From positions 1 to 57,662 of the IMG/VR virus record IMGVR_UViG_3300031364_000002: a stretch of DNA of 57,662 nt; one strand, written 5' to 3'. The stretch comes from a virus. Taxonomy: Duplodnaviria > Caudoviricetes. The translations under genes and the position numbers were made by a program. Below the pieces are notes generated by a model. It ran no database searches, was not told where the DNA came from, and saw nothing but the letters and a program-made list of their open reading frames with translations. This document shows positions 20,568-28,057 of the stretch, piece by piece. Each line of letters starts with the position of its first letter. The first letter of the stretch is position 1.

Positions 20568-22070
20568 TTACCAACTGTACAATAATTTTGGATCGTACTC
20601 AGCCACCCCACTATGCTCATACACTCCTGTTAAACAATCCGGAGCGTCGTCATGATCATTGGCTCGAAATAATCGCTTGAAATAAAGGAGGGCTGTAGCA
20701 AACTCTGGCCATCGGCTTACCCAATTTATAGGAAATAAAATATTTCTCTGAACTGCTGGTGAATTTGTTAAAATTCGGGATTCTTTATTTCCTCCCTGAA
20801 AAAACCAATTAATGACAATTTTTCCCTTAGTTAACCTATCCACAGCTCGGGCAAATCCACGCCCACCATTATTACTTTCAACATCCCCCTCCTTAACCTT
20901 CCATTTGATCAAAATCTGAGCAAGCTCTGGCTCTGTTATCTCCTGGGGTTCTTGGGTGTAATACACCTCAAGCACATACACCACTCCATCAAGTCCCACT
21001 CCATAAATAATTGCACATAGGAAATCTTTTCCGGTATCAGCAGTATCTACATAAAATGATAATTTTTTAAACTTCGGAATTTCCGTATAAGTGCTAAAAT
21101 GGGAATACAACAACCCCTCAAGTGGACGGGGATCCCCCTGATATAAACTCCCAAACTTTTCAGGATCTCTTTCCCGAGCTCTTTCCAGATCCTTCAATCG
21201 GTGCATCTCTGGCCAAAGTGCCTCTCCAGCCTTTCTGGGATCTATAATACTCGGGGGGCCTGTTTTAATAGCCTCAAAATTAATTTTGTACCAAGCATCT
21301 TCCTCCGGGCTATCCAACTGACGTAAATCCTCAATAGGAATAATAGTTTCCTTCCCAGAGAGATACCCCACAAGATCCCCTGCATTCCACCTGGTAAATA
21401 CTATTAGCTGTTTTGAATTATTATGTAGACGAGTAGTCACCACAGATTCGTACCAATCTATTACTGCAGCACGAACCACAGGACTATTACCCTCAGCATA
21501 ATCTTTATACAAATCATCAAGGTCTGCAAAATCAACTTTATCCCCTGTAAGTGGACCACCTCTACCCACAGCTTTAAAACTTCCGCCATGATCCACAATC
21601 TCAAACTCTTCCGTATTCCTCAAATAATTGCCCTCTGCTGTATAAGCCACCCTGGATCTATTGAGTTTTGTCATAGGAAAAATTTTCCGGTATTCTTTTG
21701 TGTCGATAATTCGCTGCACTACCCGATTAAATTTACGAGCAAAAGTGGCTGAATAAGAGCACAAAGCAATTTTCAACTCTGGATCCTTACCTAACATGTA
21801 GGATGGGAGACGCCTAGATGACCCCTCACTTTTACCATGCTGTGGGGGCATAGTAACTATCAATTTAGTTAAATTTCCTTCAGCAAATTTTTGTAGTATG
21901 GAATAATAAACTTGGTGAAACCAAGCAGGTTTAAAAGCTGGAAAAGTGTAATGGGTGAAATCAAGCAGATACCGTCGAGATAGAATTATCCGAGCAATAT
22001 CTGGATCAGGATTCAGGGCATCTACTTGCCTTGATAATTGCTCTGAGTGCTTTGTCCGATAGGTGCTCAT
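20568..22070 (-). CDS. terL: Terminase large subunit
   Basis: MPPQHGKS Walker A, LDD Walker B, TRW, YQGDP, and nuclease motifs DTA...HDDAPD. Confidence 0.96.
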   Translation of the reverse strand: MSTYRTKHSEQLSRQVDALNPDPDIARIILSRRYLLDFTHYTFPAFKPAWFHQVYYSILQKFAEGNLTKLIVTMPPQHGKSEGSSRRLPSYMLGKDPELKIALCSYSATFARKFNRVVQRIIDTKEYRKIFPMTKLNRSRVAYTAEGNYLRNTEEFEIVDHGGSFKAVGRGGPLTGDKVDFADLDDLYKDYAEGNSPVVRAAVIDWYESVVTTRLHNNSKQLIVFTRWNAGDLVGYLSGKETIIPIEDLRQLDSPEEDAWYKINFEAIKTGPPSIIDPRKAGEALWPEMHRLKDLERARERDPEKFGSLYQGDPRPLEGLLYSHFSTYTEIPKFKKLSFYVDTADTGKDFLCAIIYGVGLDGVVYVLEVYYTQEPQEITEPELAQILIKWKVKEGDVESNNGGRGFARAVDRLTKGKIVINWFFQGGNKESRILTNSPAVQRNILFPINWVSRWPEFATALLYFKRLFRANDHDDAPDCLTGVYEHSGVAEYDPKLLYSW

Positions 22071-22740
22071 AGTCTATACCCACTTCTTTCCCCTCTTTGT
22101 TAAGAGTTTTGAAGAGAATTTCCATTCTGTCTGAGGCAAATAATCCCGGAACTAATTTTTGAAGCTGCTCCCTGGCCCGATCCCGGTTGACCAATTTAAT
22201 AAAAATAGTAGTAACATCAGCTTCTTTTCCGTGTTTGCGGGTTTCTATCCCCTCTACACAACATCTATATTTGGGAGGGATTTGATCCCAAGAGGAAAAC
22301 GCCGGGGATCCATCTGGATTAACAAACATTTGAGGATCATAAGTGGCCTGAACTACGAGCTGATCAATAATGGACTGCTGTACATCCTCACGGACTTTGC
22401 TTTCCATATCAGCTCTGATCTTTAAAATAGCCTCATGCACACGAGCTTTCCTGTAGAGTCTGTCCCCACCACAATAAAGTGAGTCCTGCGATATTTCCCT
22501 ATCTACTATTAGCTTACCTTTGCTGCTCACTTTTACACTACAATAAGCTCGGCGGTAGGCATCGCTTTTATTCCCCCCATTATAGCAATAATACCAAGCA
22601 AAAGCTCTCTCTTTTAATCCCAAATTCCTTACTATGTCCCCATTTTTCCCCCCATTGACAATATCTTTTATACTATCTAGGTAGGGAGTGAGCTTTTTTA
22701 TAGCTAGAGGGGATAATTCAATTTCTCTTAGTCCGTCCAT
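22006..22740 (-). CDS. terS: Terminase small subunit
   Basis: F...Y....N..DAYRRAY N-terminal motif; directly upstream of terL. Confidence 0.8.
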   Translation of the reverse strand: MDGLREIELSPLAIKKLTPYLDSIKDIVNGGKNGDIVRNLGLKERAFAWYYCYNGGNKSDAYRRAYCSVKVSSKGKLIVDREISQDSLYCGGDRLYRKARVHEAILKIRADMESKVREDVQQSIIDQLVVQATYDPQMFVNPDGSPAFSSWDQIPPKYRCCVEGIETRKHGKEADVTTIFIKLVNRDRAREQLQKLVPGLFASDRMEILFKTLNKEGKEVGIDYEHLSDKALRAIIKASRCPES

Positions 22741-22749
22741 AATATTTAT

Positions 22750-22778
22750 ATTATAGGACTAAATAAAAAATAAGTAAA
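22750..22778 (-). promoter_or_regulatory. Putative promoter for the terminase operon (near-leaderless)
   Basis: TTTACT-N17-TATAAT ending 9 nt before the terS ATG; no SD in between. Confidence 0.6.
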
Positions 22779-22784
22779 TAGCAC

Positions 22785-22832
22785 AAAAAAGGGGGGCTTG
22801 GCGAAAAGGAGATAGAAACCCCAAGCACCCCC
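22785..22832 (-). terminator. Rho-independent terminator of the left early arm; also candidate anti-RBS small RNA
   Basis: GGGGG(T)GCTTGG / CCAAGCCCCC stem plus U6; 19-nt loop containing TCTATCTCCTTTTC. Confidence 0.75.
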
Positions 22833-22988
22833 ACAAGAATTATATAGGAAAAACTTTCCTATAGTATTTTTTTTAATCAAAACCACTCATCACCAAAATA
22901 GTCCCGGTCCAATTCGTTCGATATTTTCCACCTTCTTTGCCCCCTCTTCAACAGCCTGTCTGAATTGTTTCATGCCCATTATTAATTT

Positions 22989-23180
22989 TCATGGTATTTC
23001 CTCCTCAATACAGGGGAGTTCCCAAAAATCACTTATTGCTTCTCTTGTTTCACGATTAAAATCAACACAGGCCTCTCTCACTTTTTTTGAATTGCTTGGA
23101 TATTCTCTAGTTCTCCGACAAAATTTTTCCAAACTCAGATACAAATTTATCTGTAGCTTCTCAATATTTTCAAATAACAT
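22989..23180 (-). CDS. Hypothetical early protein
   Basis: ORF co-directional with the arm; GGGGG upstream. Confidence 0.5.
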   Translation of the reverse strand: MLFENIEKLQINLYLSLEKFCRRTREYPSNSKKVREACVDFNRETREAISDFWELPCIEEEIP

Positions 23181-23229
23181 TTAAAACCCCCATAATCTAA
23201 AATTAAAAGAGATAGCAGCCAGCATCTAC

Positions 23230-23565
23230 TTAATATTTATCTATTGTTTTCCCATTATCATTCATCAGATAAACCGAACCAGCCGCACAGGCAAGCCTGA
23301 ATTGATCACCCTTATTGTTAGTAAACTCCACCAGAGAAAAATACAGACGATCTTCAACACACCAGGATTTATCAAACATTCTATCAAAATGTTCTGTCAT
23401 GTTGATGGCAGTACCAGTGCCTCCTTCATACCAAAGCATCCCAGTTGCTTTTTCAAAATAATGTTTGTTTGATATGAATGAAGTTATCATCAAGTTTGAA
23501 ATATTCTCAAAATATTTCCATGTTCCAATTTCTTCTTTCCCACAAATTCCAATCTTTAAAACCAT
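23230..23565 (-). CDS. Hypothetical early protein
   Basis: AGGAGG RBS; ends YLMNDNGKTIDKY. Confidence 0.75.
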   Translation of the reverse strand: MVLKIGICGKEEIGTWKYFENISNLMITSFISNKHYFEKATGMLWYEGGTGTAINMTEHFDRMFDKSWCVEDRLYFSLVEFTNNKGDQFRLACAAGSVYLMNDNGKTIDKY

Positions 23566-23727
23566 TTCTTCCTCCTACTACTACTTCTTTATACTGGCTG
23601 CTATCCCAACAATTTGAATTTATATACCAAAACATAAACAATTAGTATTATCAATAAAATAATAATTATACTTTTTTTCTCTCCATTTCGATTATCCGCC
23701 CTCCCCTAAAATTCTTACCGCCTCCAT

Positions 23728-23973
23728 TTAATCTATACATTTTTTTATGAACTGGATTAAATCGACTGAAATGTTTTTGTTTGGATCTATACCAGTTCCG
23801 TTGCATGCTGGACAATCATATACACATTCACATGGATATTCTGAACATTGAGCTTCAGGGTCTTCTAATAAACCACTGCCACCGCATTCAGGGCAATCAT
23901 AGAACCTTTTCTCGACATCATTCTTGTGTGCCTCTTTTATTTTCTGTTCAATCCATTCTCTGGTCATTTTCAT
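23728..23973 (-). CDS. DnaJ-type zinc-finger protein
   Basis: Two CxxCxGxG motifs; GGAGG RBS. Confidence 0.75.
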   Translation of the reverse strand: MKMTREWIEQKIKEAHKNDVEKRFYDCPECGGSGLLEDPEAQCSEYPCECVYDCPACNGTGIDPNKNISVDLIQFIKKCID

Positions 23974-24002
23974 TCCTCCATTAACTGAATATCAAGACGC
24001 TT

Positions 24003-24251
24003 CTATACAGATTTTGGTTCCGGAAGTTCAAGAAAGTCGTGGACTGAGATATATTCATTTGAATGGTTTTTGAAGTATTTATAATAAATTCCAGTCCTTA
24101 CTATTCTTTTTTCTATGTATATGTATACAAATTCACCCCAATTGCGTAAGACGCCACCATAAGCAACACCAAGATTCCTTGCTTTTTTAGAAACGGCTTC
24201 TTTCTCTTCATCCGTAAATGCAAACAGTTTATAGTCCTTCATATTTTCCAC
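24003..24251 (-). CDS. Hypothetical early protein
   Basis: ORF coupled to the upstream gene. Confidence 0.65.
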   Translation of the reverse strand: MENMKDYKLFAFTDEEKEAVSKKARNLGVAYGGVLRNWGEFVYIYIEKRIVRTGIYYKYFKNHSNEYISVHDFLELPEPKSV

Positions 24252-24544
24252 TCCTTGACGATATTAACGATTCCCCAAGCCGCTGTGCTCCGATCTTCTG
24301 GTGTCTCGGCATTATACCAACAATGATAAACGCCTCCATCCATACAACAATCCCCGGTGGTGGCAAGCGGGCAACCAGTACAGGCATACTCAAAAAACAA
24401 CTCACAGAGAGGGCATTTGAGCTCCAAGTCTTTTATTTTTTCATAGAGTATTTTCGGTAATTCATATTTCCTGCGTATCTCTGGATGTTCCGCAAGATAC
24501 GTCCAGACCTCAATAGTTAATTCTTTCGATTCTTTTTCAGTCAT
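24239..24544 (-). CDS. Cys-rich hypothetical protein
   Basis: CPLC...CTGCPL...CC motif; AAGGAG RBS. Confidence 0.7.
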   Translation of the reverse strand: MTEKESKELTIEVWTYLAEHPEIRRKYELPKILYEKIKDLELKCPLCELFFEYACTGCPLATTGDCCMDGGVYHCWYNAETPEDRSTAAWGIVNIVKEWKI

Positions 24545-24547
24545 TCT

Positions 24548-24817
24548 TTACTCCTTGCTCTTATCTTTACGAGCAGCCTCATAGATGCAATCCATCCTCC
24601 ACCCGAACCACTCCTCAACCTGGTCCTTTGACTCCTTTAGATATGATCCAGTTCGTTTTCGATATTCCTTGATTAGTGGTATCTTGATATTATCATTACC
24701 ACTCAGGAGGATATCAACTCCCATCTTTTTCAAATCCTCATATAGACACCTACTGGCTCCGTTCGTTCGATGTGCCTCAATAACCACCTCAATTCCGAAA
24801 ATGTTTATTGTCATCAT
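24548..24817 (-). CDS. Protein with ribosomal L7/L12 C-terminal-like motif
   Basis: KIPLIKEYRKRTGSYLKESKDQVE resembles the KIxxIKxxRxxTGxxLKEAKxxVE consensus. Confidence 0.65.
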   Translation of the reverse strand: MMTINIFGIEVVIEAHRTNGASRCLYEDLKKMGVDILLSGNDNIKIPLIKEYRKRTGSYLKESKDQVEEWFGWRMDCIYEAARKDKSKE

Positions 24818-25175
24818 TACTCTCCTCTTCTATCCTAATTTGTTCCAACATTTTGTGATAATAAAACTCAAAAACGTTGTCTTGGTACTCAGACCCCTCA
24901 TGACGCCAACCACCATCCAATCCAAAATAAAACACAGTGATTCCATCAAACCCTAACCAATAAGAATATTCCCCAGAACCAACCTTATAGGATAACCCCC
25001 CATTCCATGAGTCACATTGGAGAAAAGTTCCCTCATCAGGAAATCTAAATATTTCCCATGAGCCATGTTTCTTGGGGAAACTATTACAATTCTCACGGAA
25101 TAGATCCCGCAATTTGCGTTCTGATTCCGTAATGTGTGCTCGGCAAGACCCCATCTGTGCTTCTTTTTCAGTCAT
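24789..25175 (-). CDS. Hypothetical early protein
   Basis: GAGGA RBS; ORF. Confidence 0.7.
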   Translation of the reverse strand: MTEKEAQMGSCRAHITESERKLRDLFRENCNSFPKKHGSWEIFRFPDEGTFLQCDSWNGGLSYKVGSGEYSYWLGFDGITVFYFGLDGGWRHEGSEYQDNVFEFYYHKMLEQIRIEEESNDDNKHFRN

Positions 25176-25197
25176 TTTTCTATCCTCTCAGGTTTTC

Positions 25198-25470
25198 TCA
25201 GCTGGGTGAATTTTCTTTATATCCTAAACAGCGGGAACAATCAGAACAGTGGAAACAATCAGAACAGTGGAAACAGCGGAAACAGCGGGAACAGTCAAAA
25301 CAACAGGAACAGCGGAAACAGTGGAAACAGCGGAAACAGCGGGAACAGTCACAGCAATTAGAGCAATTGATCATAGTTTTAGACAATTCTACTGCCTCTG
25401 TTTTCGTGAATTTATCACAGTCCCATTTATTATTATTTTTATCAGTCCAATACCCATCAATTTTTTTCAT
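25198..25470 (-). CDS. Cxx-repeat protein encoded by a 9-bp tandem repeat
   Basis: (CxxCxx)n array at ~25225-25366; start MKKIDG after GAGGAG. The plus-strand ORFs here are shadows of the repeat. Confidence 0.75.
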   Translation of the reverse strand: MKKIDGYWTDKNNNKWDCDKFTKTEAVELSKTMINCSNCCDCSRCFRCFHCFRCSCCFDCSRCFRCFHCSDCFHCSDCSRCLGYKENSPS

Positions 25471-25542
25471 CTCTTTTCTCCTCTTGCCGGACTCGTGATC
25501 GGCGCTGTTGTTTAATGCCGCTATGGCGGCATATGTCATCTA
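25471..25542 (-). ncRNA. Intergenic structured module M4
   Basis: TAGATGAC-ATATGCCGC-CATA-GCGGCAT-TAAAC, second hairpin GCCG..CACGAGT.CCGGC, then RBS; shares blocks with M3 and M5. Confidence 0.55.
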
Positions 25543-25860
25543 ATACCTGCCTAATTGAGCGTCTCTCAAAAGTTTTGATTCCTCTCCTGGTCGGTGCTCT
25601 AATAACCGATCATACAGATTCCTGCCTTTTACCAGTTTTCCACAAACGCTGAACGTATGCTGACCTGTTTTGTCTCCATAATGACTCGATAAAACAAATC
25701 CTTCAATTATCTCATTGGTGGATTTATCTACATACTTGACATAGCACCCTTCTCTGATAGGCCCGTTTGATTGTATAAAATCAAATTTTTCTTCGGCTTC
25801 TCTCATTTTCTCAGCATATGCGGCTTTCTGTGCCTTGTTTGGTTTCCATCTGTATGACAT
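25540..25860 (-). CDS. Hypothetical early protein
   Basis: AGGAGGAG RBS; ORF. Confidence 0.75.
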   Translation of the reverse strand: MSYRWKPNKAQKAAYAEKMREAEEKFDFIQSNGPIREGCYVKYVDKSTNEIIEGFVLSSHYGDKTGQHTFSVCGKLVKGRNLYDRLLEHRPGEESKLLRDAQLGRY

Positions 25861-25933
25861 CGTTTTTCTCCTCCTGGCCTGGCTTCAGGCTGGCTATGCA
25901 GTTTAATGCCGCCGGAGCGGCATCCGTCATCTA
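25861..25933 (-). ncRNA. Intergenic structured module M3
   Basis: TAGATGAC-GGATGCCGC-TCCG-GCGGCAT-TAAAC...AGGCCAGGAGGAGAAAAA; shares blocks with M1, M4 and M6. Confidence 0.55.
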
Positions 25934-26353
25934 AATACGAGGAATGTATTTTTGGCCAACAACACTCGACGCGTTCTTCCCTATCAGTCCGAGCTGACGA
26001 AGCCGGAGTGCAACCCGATGATTTATCTCAAATGGGCCGCTTAACCCGGCCCTTACAGCACCGAGCTTGTCAACCTTTATCCCTAACGATCCCAGAAAGG
26101 CTACGAAATTCAGATACCTGTATTCCCGGAAGTCCTTGCTATACGTGCAGGCGTAAAATGAAAAACGCCTGTTTCCGCTTGGACGGGAAATACTTTCAAG
26201 GCGGCAAATCATGCGCCCAGACGACACAGCGTCAATCCACCGTCGGGCGTCCTTCAGGAACGTCTCTCTATCGTAGTACTCCTCTGCGTTTACGAGTTTT
26301 TCAATTTCCGCTTCTTGCGCGTCGGTAAGATCGCACCTAATTTTGTATGACAT
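25931..26353 (-). CDS. Hypothetical early protein
   Basis: Start MSYKIR after AGGAGGAGATTAGAT. Confidence 0.75.
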   Translation of the reverse strand: MSYKIRCDLTDAQEAEIEKLVNAEEYYDRETFLKDARRWIDAVSSGRMICRLESISRPSGNRRFSFYACTYSKDFREYRYLNFVAFLGSLGIKVDKLGAVRAGLSGPFEINHRVALRLRQLGLIGKNASSVVGQKYIPRI

Positions 26354-26463
26354 ATCTAATCTCCTCCTTTGACTGTATAGAGACAGTGCCATGGCACAAC
26401 TAAATCACCAGGAGGGCCAAAGGCGTGCAATCCTGTTGGTTCCTCCTGAGTGTGGATGACTGA

Positions 26464-27162
26464 TTATACAACTTCAAGCGGTGTCAGGTTGGTATACGCA
26501 GTTTTCCCATTACTGTACTCCACCGAGTGACCAGATACTTGGCATTTAAATATTACTTTTTTTGCCAACAGTAATTGTGAGCCATCCGGGAATACTGCTT
26601 CCTTCGCCTTATCGATGGATCTGTAAACATAATAACCGCCACCGTGGTCATCAGCCGCTCTCTGCGTCATCCGCTTCCCGGGGATATATTCTGTTTCCCC
26701 GTCGTAGATGGAGTAAAATTTTCCCCCTACCGTGGCTACCTGTTTGTAAGCAATTTTGCTACTACTGGCAGAGGTTTTGATTTTGATTTGTTTAGACCCA
26801 TCGATGACTGCAATAATGTCGCCTACCTCGTCAACTGTTTTGGCGAGTTTTACAATGCGCGGTTTCCAGCTGTCTAGTTTCTCAACCACAGCAGTTTTGC
26901 TGTTGATCCGCTTGCGATCAATACGGTAATACGATTTTCGAGGGTGATTTCCGTATTTGTCACACTCCGTTTCTCTCTGCTGTACAATTACAGTGTTTTT
27001 TGTAACATCGTAAATACTGTAATTCAACGCTGATCCGCGATGTTTCTGGTCAACGTCGCAGTATTCGTGCGGTAACTGTCCACTCTTAAGCGCGAGGGAC
27101 AAAATCGCCCTTCCTTCATTGGCGCCATCGCCTGTTAATTCCCCGTAGTATCCTCTGGTCAT
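26464..27162 (-). CDS. Hypothetical early protein
   Basis: GGAGG RBS; directly downstream of the hammerhead. Confidence 0.75.
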   Translation of the reverse strand: MTRGYYGELTGDGANEGRAILSLALKSGQLPHEYCDVDQKHRGSALNYSIYDVTKNTVIVQQRETECDKYGNHPRKSYYRIDRKRINSKTAVVEKLDSWKPRIVKLAKTVDEVGDIIAVIDGSKQIKIKTSASSSKIAYKQVATVGGKFYSIYDGETEYIPGKRMTQRAADDHGGGYYVYRSIDKAKEAVFPDGSQLLLAKKVIFKCQVSGHSVEYSNGKTAYTNLTPLEVV

Positions 27163-27190
27163 AATTGACCTCCATGAGATAATTTGTTTC

Positions 27191-27253
27191 TGGCCTGCCT
27201 TATCAATGCCGTGCGGCCATTCACGGCAGACGCCGGTTATCCGGCGTTTCGGC
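27191..27253 (-). ncRNA. Type II hammerhead ribozyme (U3-A8 core variant, loop I/3'-tail pseudoknot); module M1
   Basis: GCC-GAAA-CGCCGG(ATAA)CCGGCG-TC-TGCCGTG(AATGGCCG)CACGGCA-TTGATAA-GGC-AGGCCA: all three stems pair perfectly, GUC cleavage triplet, loop TGGCC complementary to tail GGCCA. Confidence 0.88.
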
Positions 27254-27259
27254 TATTAC

Positions 27260-27451
27260 TTACTGTCTACAAAACTCACTCCACAGATCAGGTGTATCCA
27301 GCTTGTTGCCGTCATCATCAAACAAACCGCCGCCGACTCCGCTTGTGTGAGATCTAAAATCGACGCGAATTTCCGGATGGTTTTTTCCAACATACGCCAC
27401 AAATTCCTGGCCGTATCCGTTACAATTGTCTTCTAAAATAACTAATGTCAT
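27260..27451 (-). CDS. First gene of the left early arm, hypothetical
   Basis: Start codon and RBS lie within repeat B. Confidence 0.75.
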   Translation of the reverse strand: MTLVILEDNCNGYGQEFVAYVGKNHPEIRVDFRSHTSGVGGGLFDDDGNKLDTPDLWSEFCRQ

Positions 27452-27546
27452 CTCTAATCTCCTTTTCCTTAACCTTATATAGGTATTATATACCTACTCT
27501 AAATAAAAAGCAAGAGAATATTTGACTATTTTTAAAAAAAATTATA
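27446..27546 (-). repeat. Repeat B, copy 1 (101 bp, perfect inverted copy of 53124-53224)
   Basis: Manual alignment, no mismatch; contains promoter, palindrome, RBS and ATG. Confidence 0.95.
27485..27513 (-). promoter_or_regulatory. Sigma70-type early promoter, left arm
   Basis: TTGCTT-N17-TATAAT, with the palindrome TAGGTAT-ATA-ATACCTA over the -10. Confidence 0.85.
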
Positions 27547-27573
27547 GACTTTTAGAAATAGCGGGATTATACT
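27522..27573 (+). promoter_or_regulatory. Tandem rightward promoters for the replication operon
   Basis: TTGACT(27522)-N17-TAGACT(27545)-N17-TATACT(27568). Confidence 0.55.
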
Positions 27574-27588
27574 AATCAAGAAAAGTCA

Positions 27589-27745
27589 GGGGGACTAAAA
27601 ACAGGAGGGGAGAAGAAATCCAAACTAAAAAATGGCCTCCAATGGGATGGCCCCACAACAGTCTTTGGTCTGGATTCTTCTTTCTGTCCCCCAGAATAAT
27701 GAATTTATCCTTCTGTTGTGGAGCTTTTCAATTGGAGGCTTTTTT
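27589..27745 (+). promoter_or_regulatory. Structured leader / candidate attenuator
   Basis: Two long competing helices; the second buries the GGAGG RBS and ends in a U run. Confidence 0.55.
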
Positions 27746-28057
27746 ATGTCCTATCTAATAAATGCTATCAGCCCTTGTGGAAACTGGATACTTAACAAAA
27801 AACTAACTCAGGAAGTTGGGGCTGAAGCAGCCCTCATAATGACTGAATTAAGCAACCCCAATGAAACCATGAAGGAAACCCCTATCCAGAAAATTCTATC
27901 CATCAGAATTGGTATCTCAGAAGAAAAAGTAATTTTCCTCATCAAGAATCTTGTCAATAAAAAATTACTAACCTGGGATCAAAAAGCTGAAAAGATATGG
28001 GTAAACGTAGAAAAACTTGATACTTTACTATCTGGAGATGATTATGAAGATGCCTAA
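27746..28057 (+). CDS. Small winged-helix-like protein
   Basis: Start MSYLIN after GGAGG; NKKL..EVG.EAALI..EL resembles the N-terminus of the next gene. Confidence 0.6.
   Translation: MSYLINAISPCGNWILNKKLTQEVGAEAALIMTELSNPNETMKETPIQKILSIRIGISEEKVIFLIKNLVNKKLLTWDQKAEKIWVNVEKLDTLLSGDDYEDA

Noticed and set aside
25225-25366. CRISPR-like or DGR array in the 9-bp repeats
   Set aside because: No spacers; explained by the Cxx-repeat coding sequence.
25471-25542. Twister or twister-sister ribozyme in M4/M5 (TAA...CGG-NCACRAGT-CCG)
   Set aside because: The hairpin resembles twister P4/L4, but I could not find the matching P2 strand or the GAGU pseudoknot partner; needs cmsearch.
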